A stretch of DNA of 64,000 bases from the NCBI RefSeq assembly GCF_006345805.1, contig NC_042999.1, positions 62,558,001 to 62,622,000 on the forward strand, written 5' to 3'. The position numbers and the translations under genes are program-made. Under the pieces are notes generated by a model that ran no database searches, was not told the DNA's origin, and saw only the letters and a program-made list of their open reading frames with translations. The DNA comes from Octopus sinensis (taxonomy: Eukaryota). Below are positions 24,952 to 39,700 of this stretch, piece by piece. How positions within the stretch are numbered: position 1 is the stretch's first letter; every line of letters begins with the position of its first letter.

Positions 24952-26548
24952 GTTAGAGCTTTCATTTATCCTTTCTGCTTGATTTTGAATTTGGATTAAT
25001 TAAAAGTTAAAATGGTATGATTGTGTCGCAAGATTGAATAATGGGAAGTAAGTAAACAACAATTAATAACCATCACTCCATTAAGGACCATCTTGCTTTT
25101 TATCCTTCCAGAATTGATAAAATAAAGTATCAGTCAAATACTCTGCCAGATCAAATTGGAGCCTGGTGCAGCCATCTGGTTCGCCAGCCCTCAGTCAAAA
25201 CCATCCAACCCATGCTAGCATGGAAAGTGGACGTTAAATGACGATAAACGATGATGATCTTTACCAACATGGTCATCTTTCTTGTACACTACATCAATTC
25301 TTTTTAATACCCAGTTTTCTCTCAGCTCATCTGTGTATTCTAACGTAGACATTCAGTGGAGCATGTTTGTTTCACTTCTTTCCAATCTTCATACATCCTC
25401 TACATTCAATGCCTATGCCTCACTAATGTGCAGTATTGCTGTTTGAACACTAACGTAATACAACCCTCCCTTCATTAGTGCAATACATGTGCTTAAATAC
25501 ATTTCATTCTTTTGTCATAAGTAAAAATAAATTACTTATTATTGTCATTTTAGCTTGCAAATACCTTTACTAGTATCAAATACTAATAAATTTTATGCTA
25601 CATTTTGCCAAATTTACACAAAATCAGCAAAAAGTTTTATGCAAATAACCAAAATTAACCTTCTGTGCACAAGTATTTATTGTTGTTTAGATTTTGTGCT
25701 TGCTGGTTTTAGTGTTTTGAAATTATGCAATTACTTAGTGTTGAATACATGTTCATTGAACTAGTGCATATGTGGCTGCGTTCCACAGACATTTGTACAT
25801 TTACAATCCTTTGGCAAAATTAGTGTAACACAATGTGTGAAAATACTTATTGTTTGATTTACAAGTACAAAACATCCAACAGGTTTCAATGCAGTTATTG
25901 CCTACCCAATTTTACTCACAAGAGTTGGGTTGACTCAAATTTTATAGAAGACACTTGTTCAAAGTTCTGAACATTGAATTCAAAACCTAGACCTCATGAC
26001 TGCAAAGTAAACTTCTTTATCATTCAGCCATATCTGTGCATAAGTATATACATACATCCGTTTCTCACTACAAATCTTTAAATATTTTCTGACTTTTAAA
26101 TTGTTGCTATTTGTCAAATACTAGATTTTAAAAAATTGATTTCAAATTTTTGCACAAGGCCAGCAATTTCATGGGAGCAGCAAGTCTATCACATTGACTC
26201 CAGTGTCCAACTGGTGCTTATTTTATTGACCTTGAAAGGATGAAGGGAAAAGTCAACCTCAGCAGAGTTTGAACTCATAATGTTGCTAAGCATTTTTCCC
26301 AGCATGCTAACAATTCTGCTAGCTCACCACCTTCAAAAAATTTCAACAACATTCATTGTAAAATATTACTAAATGTCTTGTGGATGTCTGTTATTTAACT
26401 GAGTGACATATGCATATCTTGCTTTTCTAACATTTTGCTTATGTTGAGGTGAGACTGAATTTTCTGAAAGTTCATTTATATATAAAACTGAAGTGCTTAA
26501 ATAACTGACAATATCTTCTTTTTTTTTTATTTATTTATCTTTCTCCAG

Positions 26549-26785
26549 GTTACTGTGTGGGGAGACTACAGTCGAACAGATAGGAAAGTATTCATGGGAG
26601 TTGCACAAATAGTATTGGATGAACTAGATTTATCAAACATTGTGATTGGCTGGTACAAATTATTTCCAACATCATCATTAGTAGGACATCATTCTGGACC
26701 ATCCTCTGCATCATCACCTCATACGAGGAAAAGTTCAGCATCTTCATTAGAAACCCTTAGTACTGCCACATCTTGGACTCAGTGA
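26549..26785 (+). CDS. RIMS: RIM terminal coding exon (end of C2B plus RKSSASSLE tail), stop TGA
   Basis: Acceptor ttctccag. Encodes VTVWGDYSRTDRKVFMGVAQIVLDELDLSNIVIGWYKLFPTSSLV...RKSSASSLE...WTQ*, matching the RIM C-terminus (VWGDYGR...WYKLFP...RRASQSSLE). Confidence 0.97.
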   Translation, partial: VTVWGDYSRTDRKVFMGVAQIVLDELDLSNIVIGWYKLFPTSSLVGHHSGPSSASSPHTRKSSASSLETLSTATSWTQ

Positions 26786-26879
26786 ATCCAAAAATACTAT
26801 ACATATGGACAAGTATGTTTGTGTGCGAATAACATACAAAGTTATTCAAAATGTGCATATAGATTCATGATTGATTGAT

Positions 26880-26918
<39 letters not shown>

Positions 26919-29900
26919 TATATGTTATATATGTATATATACAGATATATACGTAAGACTTGTTTCTTTCAAAGAATTCATTTTTTTTTTCTTGCCTACT
27001 TTGATTAGGAAACATTAAATTCATAATTGTTAAAGATATGATATGGCTACCACCAAATGTCTTATATTTAAGCTAAATTCTACATGCCACCAAATGTATG
27101 TGCTGAAACATTACGGATCAATGTTGCATGTCAAAAGAACATTAATTACTGCAATTAGAAAAATTAATTCCAAATTTACTATACATTTTATTGTATGAAA
27201 ATTCTTTCATTCTTGAATTATTGATCTTTGTAATTCTTGTTGAAATTTTGGACCAATGTTTTTCTTATTCAAAAGTGATTTGAGATCATTTTTTTTTTCT
27301 AGTAAATAATCCTATCTTTTTTTTTTTCACGTAATATTGTAAAGGTGATTCAAACCATCATTTTCATTTTTGATTATTATTGTTAGAATAATTCCTAAAG
27401 AACGTCTATTTCATGATTAAATGGATTTAAAATGTCAAGTTGATTCTTCAGATGTATCATATTTGAAGAACATTTTGTCCTCCAGTATTCTATAGTGTAA
27501 GTAATATATATGATTTACAATTGGTAATAAGTTTTACAAAAATTAGTTATTGTTAGTAAAACTATAACTTAGTGTAATTTCTATCATATCTCTCACACAC
27601 ATGCATAATAATTTGCATTCATAAGAACAAATTACGTCTAAGAACTATAAACTAATTTAAGATAAAATATGAAATATTTAATCTTCATAAAGAATAAACT
27701 TAAATTAAGGAGACATTGTTAATTGTCTGGAATAACATGAATCTAGTTATTCCAGCCTGCAACATTTTATACAATAGTTCCTGCACATTATTATTATCTA
27801 CATATATGTCAGATATACTGACTTTTAATAAGAAGGGAAGTTCGCTGTCATAGCTTGTGAGGGATCATTGCAGGTAAAGCATTTATTGAATTTTCAGTGA
27901 AGAGTATATAGGAATGAGTCTTAGGTACCTTCTGTAGATGCAAAGGAGGACTTGAGCTTAGTCCTGAAAGCTAACAAAACATTTGCTAGTTATACGGTGC
28001 CCTCACAACTTACAGAAAATGAACATACCTATTCTTATTTACAGCTCAGTAGTCTGGACATGCAAAAGTGGATAGTACCTAGTGCCGTGGATAGTTAAGG
28101 AAGGTGCACAGCTGCTGAGGAGACTCCAAGTAGAAGTGAAATGTGCAGCATATATGAGACTGCTCCTTCTTTCACCATTCATGATCATACTGTGTATATA
28201 GACATGTTTACATTCATCGTAACCTATAATGTTGGCTAAAAATCTATAGATATGTTCTATAGTACATTTTAGCAATGAAATGGGAAACTGTTAATCCAGC
28301 AGTAATTTAATATTGTAAATATGTTTGTGTGTGTGGAGAACAGCTATACTTTTAAGTATGTATTATTGAATACAGGACTATGGCTCTAATTTTAACATTT
28401 TGTTTTCTGTATTTCCTTTATATCTTTTTGTTACGAACAAAAAATTTCCTGCGTCCATCAGTTTTGAAGTTTTCCTGGTCTTATCATCTCTATGAGGACA
28501 ATGTAAATTATTTTAATGGTGGTGGTTGTTATTGTTGTTTTATTGTAGACAGGAGCTATGAGAATGCTGTTGTCATTTTCTTATTTGTTATCAGTGGACT
28601 TTAAAAAAGAAATTTCACATTGTCAATAACAAATGATTCCTGTCTGGAGTAAAATGGCATTAATAATCTCTACTTAAATCAGTTTCTGGAGGATAAGGCC
28701 AAGATCTTAAAAGTCTGGTAGACCTTGGAAGTATTTTGTTCCTAAGGAAGGGATAAATAAGGAAACAGGAAAATTTCTAAATCAAAAGTTACAAACTAGA
28801 CACAGTCATGTATGTATACATATGCTTATATAGCTAGATAGATAGATATAGATATATAATACAGCCAATTTACTCTGTAAAGTGGTTGGTAATAGAAAGG
28901 GCATTCAGTCATAAAAATGCCAAAAATGAAACATACAAATTAGATATAATTCCCAGCATGTCTCCAAATAAGAACTTGCTTGGTCAGTGACAACCTGTCC
29001 AATTCGTGCCAGCATGGAAAAGAGATGTAAAAATAGTGATGATTATGACATGATGATAACTTAAATCGGCTTACATAAGCAGCAAGTAGCTTATTAAAAG
29101 TTATCCTCTTTTACAAGCATGAGTTTATGAGACATTTAAATCATTTTATTCATTGTCTAACAGTGAATAGATAAAACTACATCTGATTTCTGTATGCATT
29201 GAAATTAAGTTCTGTTTTAGTTAAAATTTAAGAAATATATAACTCACAAAGTTCATTTAGGTTAGTAAAAGTATTTTTTAAAATATATTTAGTTTCTACT
29301 GACCCAATACTTAGATTTCAGAAATGACACTTATTACTAACAAATTATTCAGTACTGTCAAGATTTATACAAATTTTAAAAACAGGAATAGAGAAAACTC
29401 CTTAAAATTTAACTAGCAGTTATTCTAATTAAAATTGTTAAGAGTCAATACCATTTGTGCCTAAATTTCTCTTCATTTGTGTTCATTCTACATTCGCCTC
29501 CTTTCATTAGAAAAGGTCTCGGTGATGCGACAGAATTCCTAATACATCATTGGGGGGGAAAAAAAGCATTTTTAGTATTTCAGTTACTTAGGACCTTGCT
29601 ATAATAGCTGTTATTTACTCTTAGGTCTGCTCTGATTCAGCTGACCTGTAATGAAAGACATTCAAATCATGACCATCTCATCTTTGTATTTTTTTTGTTT
29701 TGTTTTGTTTTTTCTAGACACATCTTGGTTAACATTATACACTAGGCCACATTTTTAGGAGAGTAGAAGTGTTTGAGTGATATTTCGCTGCTATATCTAG
29801 GAGTTCAACCAGGCTCCTGTTTTGTATTATTATAATAGTAGCAATTGTAGTGATAACATAAGGAATGACATTACCAAAGTGGATTTCTGTAAGTAGTAAA

Positions 29901-30458
29901 GAATATAGCATTCAGGTGGATAGCTTGTACATTATATGTATATATATATTTATATATAAATATATATATATATATGTATATATATTGCACATAATGTATG
30001 GCGTTACACATGTGCTATATTATATTATATAATTTATACATATATATATAATAGATAGTATATATATTTTGCAATATATATATATGTTTATATATATGTA
30101 TACATAAACATACATATGTAAAAATAACACACACATGTGTATATATATGTGTGTGTGTGCTACAGAACTCATATAGAATGGGCAGACTTGTTTATTATAT
30201 CAAAAAATGACTGTTCAAGTTTTGACAATCAATGAAATGTGAGTAGACTTTTTATATTATGTATAATTATATATATTAATATATGGATAGATAGAGAGAG
30301 ATAGTGTGTGATGTATAGTGCAAGCATGGAACTGGGTTCATTTGCCGCACTTAATATAGGAGTTGATTTCTTTGAGTAACCCTGCAAAGTAGTGTCCCAA
30401 CATGACCACAGTTCAGTGACTGAAACAAATAAAAGTGTAAGCATTTTACATTTGTGTC

Positions 30459-30510
<52 letters not shown>

Positions 30511-30612
30511 GATTATGTATATAGAAAACGTAATATATAGTGTAGTCTTGTGCATAAATATATACATATATATGCATATATAGTTGTGTTTGTACATATA
30601 TGTATGTGTATG

Positions 30613-30713
<101 letters not shown>

Positions 30714-30727
30714 GTATGTATATATAT

Positions 30728-31094
30728 GCGTAGGAGTGGCTGTGTGGTAAGTAGCTTGCTTACCAATCACATGGTTTCAGGTTCAGTCCCACTGCATGGC
30801 ACTTGGGCTAGTGTCTTCTACTATAGCCTCAGGCCAACCAAAGCCTTGTGAGTGGATTTGGTAGATGGAAACTGAAAGAAGCCCGTCGTATATATGTGTG
30901 TGTCTGTGTTTGTCACAGACATCACTTGACAACCGATGCTGGTGTGTTTATGTCCCAGTAACTTAGCGGTTCAGCAAACGAGACCGATAGAATAAGTACT
31001 AGGCTTACAAAGAATAAGTCTGGAGTCGATTTGCTCGACTAAAGAAGGTGCTCCAGCATGGCCACAGTCAAATGACTGAAACATGTAAAAAGAG
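30728..31094 (+). mobile_element. SINE family A
   Basis: Full-length copy following a (TA)n tract. Confidence 0.9.
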
Positions 31095-33790
31095 TATGTG
31101 TATACAATATATATCATATGCATTATGCACTTGTATATGCATATATATATGCTTGCAGAATGGAGTGAGATAGTGAAATTAGTAAACCAAAACTGTATGC
31201 AAGCCCTTTGTGTATGTGGGTTGGTGCTGCATTGCATGTGCCTAATTGTTTAGATTCCTTGCTAGGCTTTTTAACATTCTTTGCCAACAAACCAGCAAAT
31301 AGCTCTGCACCTTGAAAGGTATGCTTGAAAATAAGTACATGTTAATGATTTGAAAGGCATGCAGCAGCAGTATAAAAATGCCTCAGTAATATGCATTCCT
31401 CCAACTCATGCCAGCATGGGAAGATGGATGTTAAACTAGTGAACATATATATCTTTATATATGTGACTTTAGATACAGTATGAATGTATATTATATGTAT
31501 GTATTTTTTTAATATACATGTAGTGTATATTTATATATCATATATATATATAATATATTATATATATTATTTATTATGTATATTATATATACATATATGA
31601 TATATATACATATTACATTTGTGTATATATCATGTAGGTTTGCAAGTACAAACTGGATAGATAGAACTCAAAATATAAGTCTGTATATTTATATACATGT
31701 ATATTATCTATATATGTAAATATATGCATACATATATATTGCATGGACTGTGTGTGTGTGTGTGTATACATACATATTGTGCTTAGTAGATTAAAGTGTT
31801 TATCATGGTATTTAATGTGACATGGACATTTTACATACATATTAATGTATTTATAAATATTATCAGAAACATTGAGATATGTTATAAAATACTTAAGGGA
31901 GTAAAAAAAATTCATACAAAATTAACATGTAACCATTACTTGTTTTTCATCTCTCCCCCCCCCCACACTCACATACCACCACCACCATCTTAGTTTATGT
32001 GTTGGACTGATGTTTATACTTATTAGTTAAAATACATTACCAGGCCTATTTTTGTCAAGAACTAGCTTTGATTAAACTTCCATATTAATATCATCATTTC
32101 TCAACATTTTATACCATTTATGAATAGACGTTCTTGTAATAATTTTTTAAAAAGGATATAAGTAACCATTTGGCTTTTGTGAATGTGTTTTATTTAAGAA
32201 ATTTTAATACAATTCAATTTACTCTACTCAGTAAAAATCATCAAAAGAAAATCAGTTTTTTATAGCCTTATTAAATTTTATCTTAATTTTTTTTTTTCAA
32301 ATTTTAATTATCCTTCCAAAAAAAGATTACTATTCTGATAAAAATATTCAATCATTTATATTTAAAATTTTTTAATATTAAAATGAGAAATGTTGGCAGT
32401 CTTCAGATTAACTGGATCCCTATTGTATCTCTTTACCGGTGGCATAGCTCAACCGTTTGGTCATGGTCCCTTGTAAGACAATGAATGTGAGAACCTCGTA
32501 GTTAGTAAAGAGAAGGGTTGAGTAAAGTATCTATATGCTGCAGACTTATGAAGTGCCATGAAACGTGAAAAAGAAAAACATTGTTCTCATTAAATTAGAG
32601 CCCTTAAATTACTAACTCGAGGTTAACACCCATCGTTAGGGTCTTACAAGAATCATTAGTTAATATCATTTTTCTCATCTGTGTGGTTTCTTCTCTCTCC
32701 AATTAATTTAGACAGTATACTTTAGGGCCGTCAAGATTTTGGAGATAGCTCATCCCATTGTATCTAAAAAAAAGAGTAAATTTATAAAGGTTCCTACCGA
32801 AAAAGTGTACTAATTTAATTTGTTGGAGTGGAGAGAAATAGAATTGTTTACTTTTCAAATTTGACACACTTTTGAGAAATACAATTAAATTCATATCTGA
32901 GTGATTTGATAATGATAATTCTAATGTAATAAATTTGCTTTAGAAGTCTTTATTTAGGTATCAATATGCCCAATAAGGATTAAAGCATTGGTCTCCTCTA
33001 TCAGTAACGGGTTCAATCCTACAGTTTGTAGCTGAGGGTTTAAATTAGCTGATCTGTCTGGTGCTAACTTGCGAGCTGAAGCTGGAATGCCAAAATCTAC
33101 ATAAAAAAGAAATTAATAAAACACCCAACTGAATCAATGACTCAAGCCTTCAGTAGCAATACCTGATAATAAGGTTGGCAGCCACTGTGAGGTAACAGGT
33201 TCACCTCTCTCAAGTGGGAAGATTCATTTTCTTTTTTTTTTTTAAAAAAAAAAACGTCATATAAACCCTCATTCTGAATTAATACATTCCAGTTTTTATG
33301 TCTTCTTGCATGGTCATTTGATGGTATTTCAATATATAAAAAGAGAAAAAAAATTATCAATATTTCCTAAGCTAAAATTATTAGTCTACAAAAAGTCAAT
33401 TGTTGAAAATATTCACTAGCTTAATACTAACTTATATTTATTGACTGTGAAAGTGTCTTTTTGTTGCAGTAAACTACTGCAGGGTTAAAAGTGTAAAAGA
33501 GTTTAATAAATAAATAAATATAGTGTATTTATTTTAAACAAATCTATATTAATTAAATGAATTTGGTTATATTTTTTCATTAAGTCTGTGTTATACAATT
33601 GTGAGTGACTTTGTGAATAAACCTATTTTTTACTAAATATTTCATGTAGATAAACCATTTGGATCTTTCTTTTTTTGCTCATTATTTGTTTTTGTTTTTT
33701 TTTGTTTTTTGTTGATTGTTGCAAATTATACATACATTTTTTATTAACTGTTACAAACTATATACAATTTTTTGTTAATTGTTGCATACC

Positions 33791-33836
<46 letters not shown>

Positions 33837-33869
33837 CGTATATATATATACATGCATATATGTATGTAT

Positions 33870-33934
<65 letters not shown>

Positions 33935-34925
33935 GTATATATATATATATATTAAATATTATAGAACAAGAGAAATGTTTAATTCAACATTAATTAATTA
34001 TAATTACAAAAAGAAATTTTTACGGATTACATTGCTTCTTGAATGCATTTCTGATAACTGAAATATTGATTTTAATCATTTGTTCACTTTTCTTGAAAAA
34101 AATAAAATACAGATAATTTTAATTTGATTTTAACTTGGAAATGAAAACCTAAACAATTGCTTCCTTATATGGCACATCTTTAGTGTTTCCTTTCGGATGG
34201 ATGGGTGGATGGACTCACATACACTCACATAAACACAGTTCATTCTGTTATATTAACAGTACTTCACATAATTTTGTTAATCAAACTAATTGGACAAGCT
34301 ATAGCCATTTTAAGTATATTCTTAACAGATGTTCAGCTGATTGTCAAAAAGCCTTCCAGATTAAAGTGTTGAAGTGTTGTTTTGACAGATATTTAAGAAC
34401 AGATAAATCTAATATTTATGAGTTAGTCATGTGGCATAATACTCTTACTTTTTTCAATACCATATCTATCTCCAACCATTAGAACTCAATAAGACCCTTA
34501 TCTCTCTTTATTAAGGTCTACTGCTGAAATTCATTCTTCTCTATTCAGAATTGTCCTTCAATAGAACGTTTATATTTATAGTATTTCTGCTATACTCAAC
34601 TACTGTGTTTCTCTGTATGAAACTACGGGTAAATCTAATTTCCTTGCAATGGAAATTTTCACTAACCTTGTGTCAAAATGTTTCAAGCGCCATATTATTG
34701 TGTAAGCTAACATTGCCGTTATTTTCATTTCTTATTCCCTTCCCTTTTTCTTTCTTTCCATCAATCTTGGTCTGGCAGCATAAAATTACAGCTTAAACTT
34801 CTAATGATTCAATTGTTTTTCTTTCTGATTTTTTTTTTTAATTTCTAATTGAATCTGATTTCATCCATAATTCCTTTCTAAAACATTTTAGAAATACATA
34901 AGGAATACAAAAAAAAAGTAACTGA

Positions 34926-35003
34926 TACATACATACATACATACATACATACATACATACATACATACATACATACATACATACATACATACATACATAC
35001 ATA
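34926..35003. repeat. (ATAC)n microsatellite
   Basis: Direct reading. Confidence 0.98.
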
Positions 35004-36667
35004 CCGTAATTAGTTACATAATCACCCACAGTTGCTAACAAAACAGGGAGCTTGAAATTTTTGTAAATTTTCATTTGAAAACTTATCCTCAGTATCAGAC
35101 TCCATTCTAAATTTCTTATTGCAACGTGGCTATATTTTACTATAAACCAATGAATATTTCAAGTTATTATCAGTCCCCTCTACAAATAGAATTACTTAAA
35201 TATAGAGTTTGATATCATGCTTAACATGTTGTCTAAGCTCTTTTAAACTTTATTGATGCAGTTCTCTTCTACAATTAAATTTTGTTTGTAGCTTGTTGAG
35301 AAAATGGAAAGAATTGTTTCCTACACTTTCACTACGGATTGCAATCAGTATTGAAGCAATGCAATTAGCTTACTTATTGATCTTGAAGCTTTTGTATCTG
35401 ATTAGTTATAGCTTGATTAACCTACTCGATTTGTTTTTAATTTCATTTGTGTTTTGGGGTTTATTTATAAAATTATATGACTTTAAATTATTAGTAGCTT
35501 AATAGTACTATACAGAATTTTCTTTGCAACTGTTTTTTGAAATATTATTAATAATGTCACTCAGTTGCTTAATTTTGAATTAAACCTCTTGAGGTGTGAA
35601 ACAACAGCTTATGTAGATTAACTTAGATATATATAAAAAAAAGTTAGCTTTAATATTATTTCTTTTCTACTCAGATTTATTTTAGAATCTCATGCAATTT
35701 CTTGTATAATTTTCACTTGTCATCATTAGAGATATTTTTCAACTTCTGATAAACAAAAGCAATAGACTATTCAAATTACAATGTGTTGTGTTTCAAAATG
35801 AGCATCTTGAGATAGTCTGTTTCTCTATGGTTCCTTAGACTTTTCTGGAATATATGTGAAAAAAAAAATAACAGCAAATAGTGAAAACTTTTGGATCAGA
35901 TTAGAAAAAAAAACTGGCTGTGAAAACTCAGAGTAACGATGAAGTATGTGTAAGTGACTTTGAATAGATCTGCTTTTTGTACATATATTGAACATATGGC
36001 AATTTATTGATATGATACTTATGGCAGTATATGTTGTGGTAAAAATGCTAGTAGTACTAGAAGCATTATTGCTGTTATAATTTGTAATTTACTGTTAATA
36101 ATAACTTCGCTACATTAAGTATTTTATAATGGCAAATGAAATTTTCTGAAAATTATCAAAGAGAAGTATAGCCACAAAGTGTTATGTAATTACTCTAATT
36201 GTTCCTAGATAGCTACAATCTTATTAACATGTCTATAGTTTGGTAACGAGTTTAGAATTAGTCAAGAAACTATGAGCATAAAGGAATTGATAACATTGAC
36301 AGTTGGAGGTGAAGGTACAAGTATTGCTACTGATATTTAGCAATGCAAATGTTATGGTTGTAAATAAACTTGTGATAACATAGATACAACAAAGTGACTA
36401 TATAGACAAATGTGATTAAAACAGCTGAATGTAGTGTTTCTTGGGTTGGTTTTTTTTTGTTTTTTGTTTTGTTTGTCTTTTTTTTGGTAATTGCTTGACA
36501 ACAATGACATCTACCAAATAAGTTTGTAACAGAAAAAAAAAACAAAAGCAAATATTAAACTATTAAGCTTGAATGTATGCATCTATGCATAGGTATAAGT
36601 CTGTATTAAATCTGCCATTTATTGTTGTGTCTAATGAACATCTGTTTTTATTTTAAATTGTTGTTGT

Positions 36668-36679
36668 TATTATTATTAA

Positions 36680-36714
<35 letters not shown>

Positions 36715-36739
36715 TATTATTATTATTATTATTATTATT
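36668..36739. repeat. (TAT)n microsatellite
   Basis: Direct reading. Confidence 0.98.
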
Positions 36740-39700
36740 CCATCAACTTCACTAGATTGAATTGATTTTTAGTGATAATGATAATGAAGTTAATTATAAT
36801 TATGATAATAATTACAATATCTAATGCTAAATAATTACATTCAGTGAACATCATGCATTTGGTGTTGACTGTTTTGTAGTTGTTTAATATCTGGGCAGAT
36901 TACTCCTGGATATTAACCTTGTTTTAGATTTTGTTTTTGTTTTGTTTTCTGGTTTTTTTTCCTACTTTCGATATCTTTTTAAACTTGATGAGGAGAAGAT
37001 ATATTTGAAAAAGACTTGTGTTTATTTGTTGTTATTGTTGTTATTTTTAAACATTTCCCAGGCTCTTGCAAGTCTTCAGGCACAATAAAATACTTTGTGA
37101 TGGAAGTATGAGTTTGAACAAAACAATGTAATGATAATTATGGAAGAAAAGATCTTCCATCACAAAGTATATGCTATGGACAGTTGTTTTTGTTTTTTTT
37201 TATAACTAAATATATTGTTTTGTTTTATTTCTCTTTGAATTGACATTTTAATAAAAACATTCCAAAAAAGAAAAAAAAGGCCTGTCCTGCACATTTAGGT
37301 GTTTAAAGTAGACAATTTATATAGAATTGCTATTTTAAAACACCAGCAATAAATATAAATGTTTGAAAAAATAAAAGAATTACCTTTCTTTTTCTTTTTT
37401 TCATTAATGCTTACAAGCAACTGATAAAGAAAGAGAGGCTTTGGGGCGTGGATCCACAATAGTGTACCTCTGCTTCTTACTTGCATGATTAAATTCATTT
37501 GAATAGACTTTCATAATTGCTGATGCATAATATTGATATGATGATGATGTGAAATGTGTAGATATACACAGATAAGTGGAGAAAATGAAATTTAAAAAAA
37601 AAGAAGAAAAAAACATAAAATCGATTTTTAAATCCAATGACTTTGTACATCTTGCTCTTATGAGGTATCCTAACTGAAACATTCTTATATAAAATAACAA
37701 AATCCTTGAACATTACTTTTTGTTGTTGTTGTTTATTTGTTTGTTTGAAAGTTATGTGTATCACTTTGTGTTGCCCAGCAACATTCCTTCTAAAAAGAAA
37801 AAAAATTGATTGGTTTGTTAGTTCTTTGTGAATGTTGCAAAAAATATGTATTCATTGGCTTTAAATTGTGTTTGAGTACATCACAGAAAAACTATCACAC
37901 AAGCATACACACACACACAAACTCATATAGACACTTATATGAAAACAAGTACACCTATTATACAAACAAGCAAACACAGTGATAAACATTTCATAAGTTT
38001 TCTTCATTTCTCATCGACTCCTTTTTCCTACTATTAAAATTAGATTTTTTGAAATTGATCTTCAAATTTAAACTATTGTTAACTATGAAATTTTCTTGAC
38101 ATAAAAAAAAAAACAGTCTGTTTCTCATTTTTGTTGATTTTGCAATTGATTTATTTTCTATAATGTATATGAGTTGGAGGAATGTTTTCAGAATTGTGTT
38201 AATACTTACAGCATGTCTCTCTCTTTTTTTTTTTTTTTTGCTCGAGTTGAATGTTTTAACTCAAATCCTACAACAGAGACTTTGTACTGAGTTTACCGAT
38301 GGTTGTCTTGCAGATGATTTTCACATCTCCAATGTTAATCTGTAATATAATGTTATAATTCTTTAAGTGCATAAACACAATAGAATATGTAAAAAAAAAA
38401 AAACTGCTTTATTTTTTGGTTGTTGGTCTGCAATCATTGTTACTTAATGACTTGGATTTCTTGTGAAAAGTGATTCTCCGAACATTTATATCTGTGGATG
38501 ACCTATATAAACATGTGCATGCGATGAATATTCTCAAAATTAAAAATTCTGTTGGATAAAATTCTTTTTTTTTTTATTAATATTTAAAGAAAATATCTTT
38601 AAAAAAATAATAATGAAATAAAAATAATCCAAACTGGTTCAGTGGAGTATGTGTCCGTGTTACAGTTTTCCCTATCTTCTGATGTGCACATCAAACTTGC
38701 TATCAAACTTTAACACAATCTTTATACCTACACCATTCACTGAACGGTGAAATTAGCAGAAAGAAAACACATTTGTGTCTTCATAATCAGTTACTCTCCC
38801 CCATTTAAGTATACACACATGCATATATATATACATGTATATATATTTATGTATATATATATATATACACACACACACATACATGTATATATAATATATA
38901 CACATACATACATGTATATATAATATATATATACATATACATACATGTATATATATACATACATTTTTATGTATATACATACTTGTGTATATATATATAT
39001 ACATATGTATGTATATATATATACATATATATTCATAGGTATATTCATGTGTATGTCTGTAAATTTATATGTGTGTGTATATCTATATCTGTGTGTGTGT
39101 ATATATATTTGTGTACATATATATGTATGTGTATATAAATATGTATGTGTGTATATATAATATACTACACACATTTTGTGTGTGTATCTGTTGAAGATAC
39201 ATACACCATTGTTTTGGGTTTTTTTCCAATTAATTGAATTATTATTTTGATATAAAATTGGTTAATTTTGCATTCATTCATTCATAATCAGAAATACTAT
39301 TTTCATAGTATACAACTTTTGTTGTTCGCTGGGGAAAATTATTATTTAAATTTGTTACTTTGTCTTGTTACTACTATTGTTGTTGTTTTTTCTCTGTTTT
39401 CCTTGTTAATTAGAGAGGAGAATCAGCAATAACATTTCCCAAATTCAGCTCCTGTTCAAACTATTTGCAATATTTGATAGCACTTGCTATTGTGCCACCA
39501 GATTCTTAAGTCTATCCTCTCCATCAATAATAAGCCTTTTGACTTAATATCTCTTCATTTTTCAGTTGAAACTGCTGGAAAAAAAATGCCTCCATTACAT
39601 ATTCTGTGCAAGCCTTGTTGTAGTACATGTAAATATCATTTGACTTCCATTGACTTTTTTTTCTTTCCTTTCAAATGTTAATTAATTTGTTATTATGAAA

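Noticed and set aside
32630-32645. Minus-strand ACCCTAAC resembling a telomerase RNA template
   Set aside because: Short match, buried in a helix, and no recognisable pseudoknot or H/ACA context.
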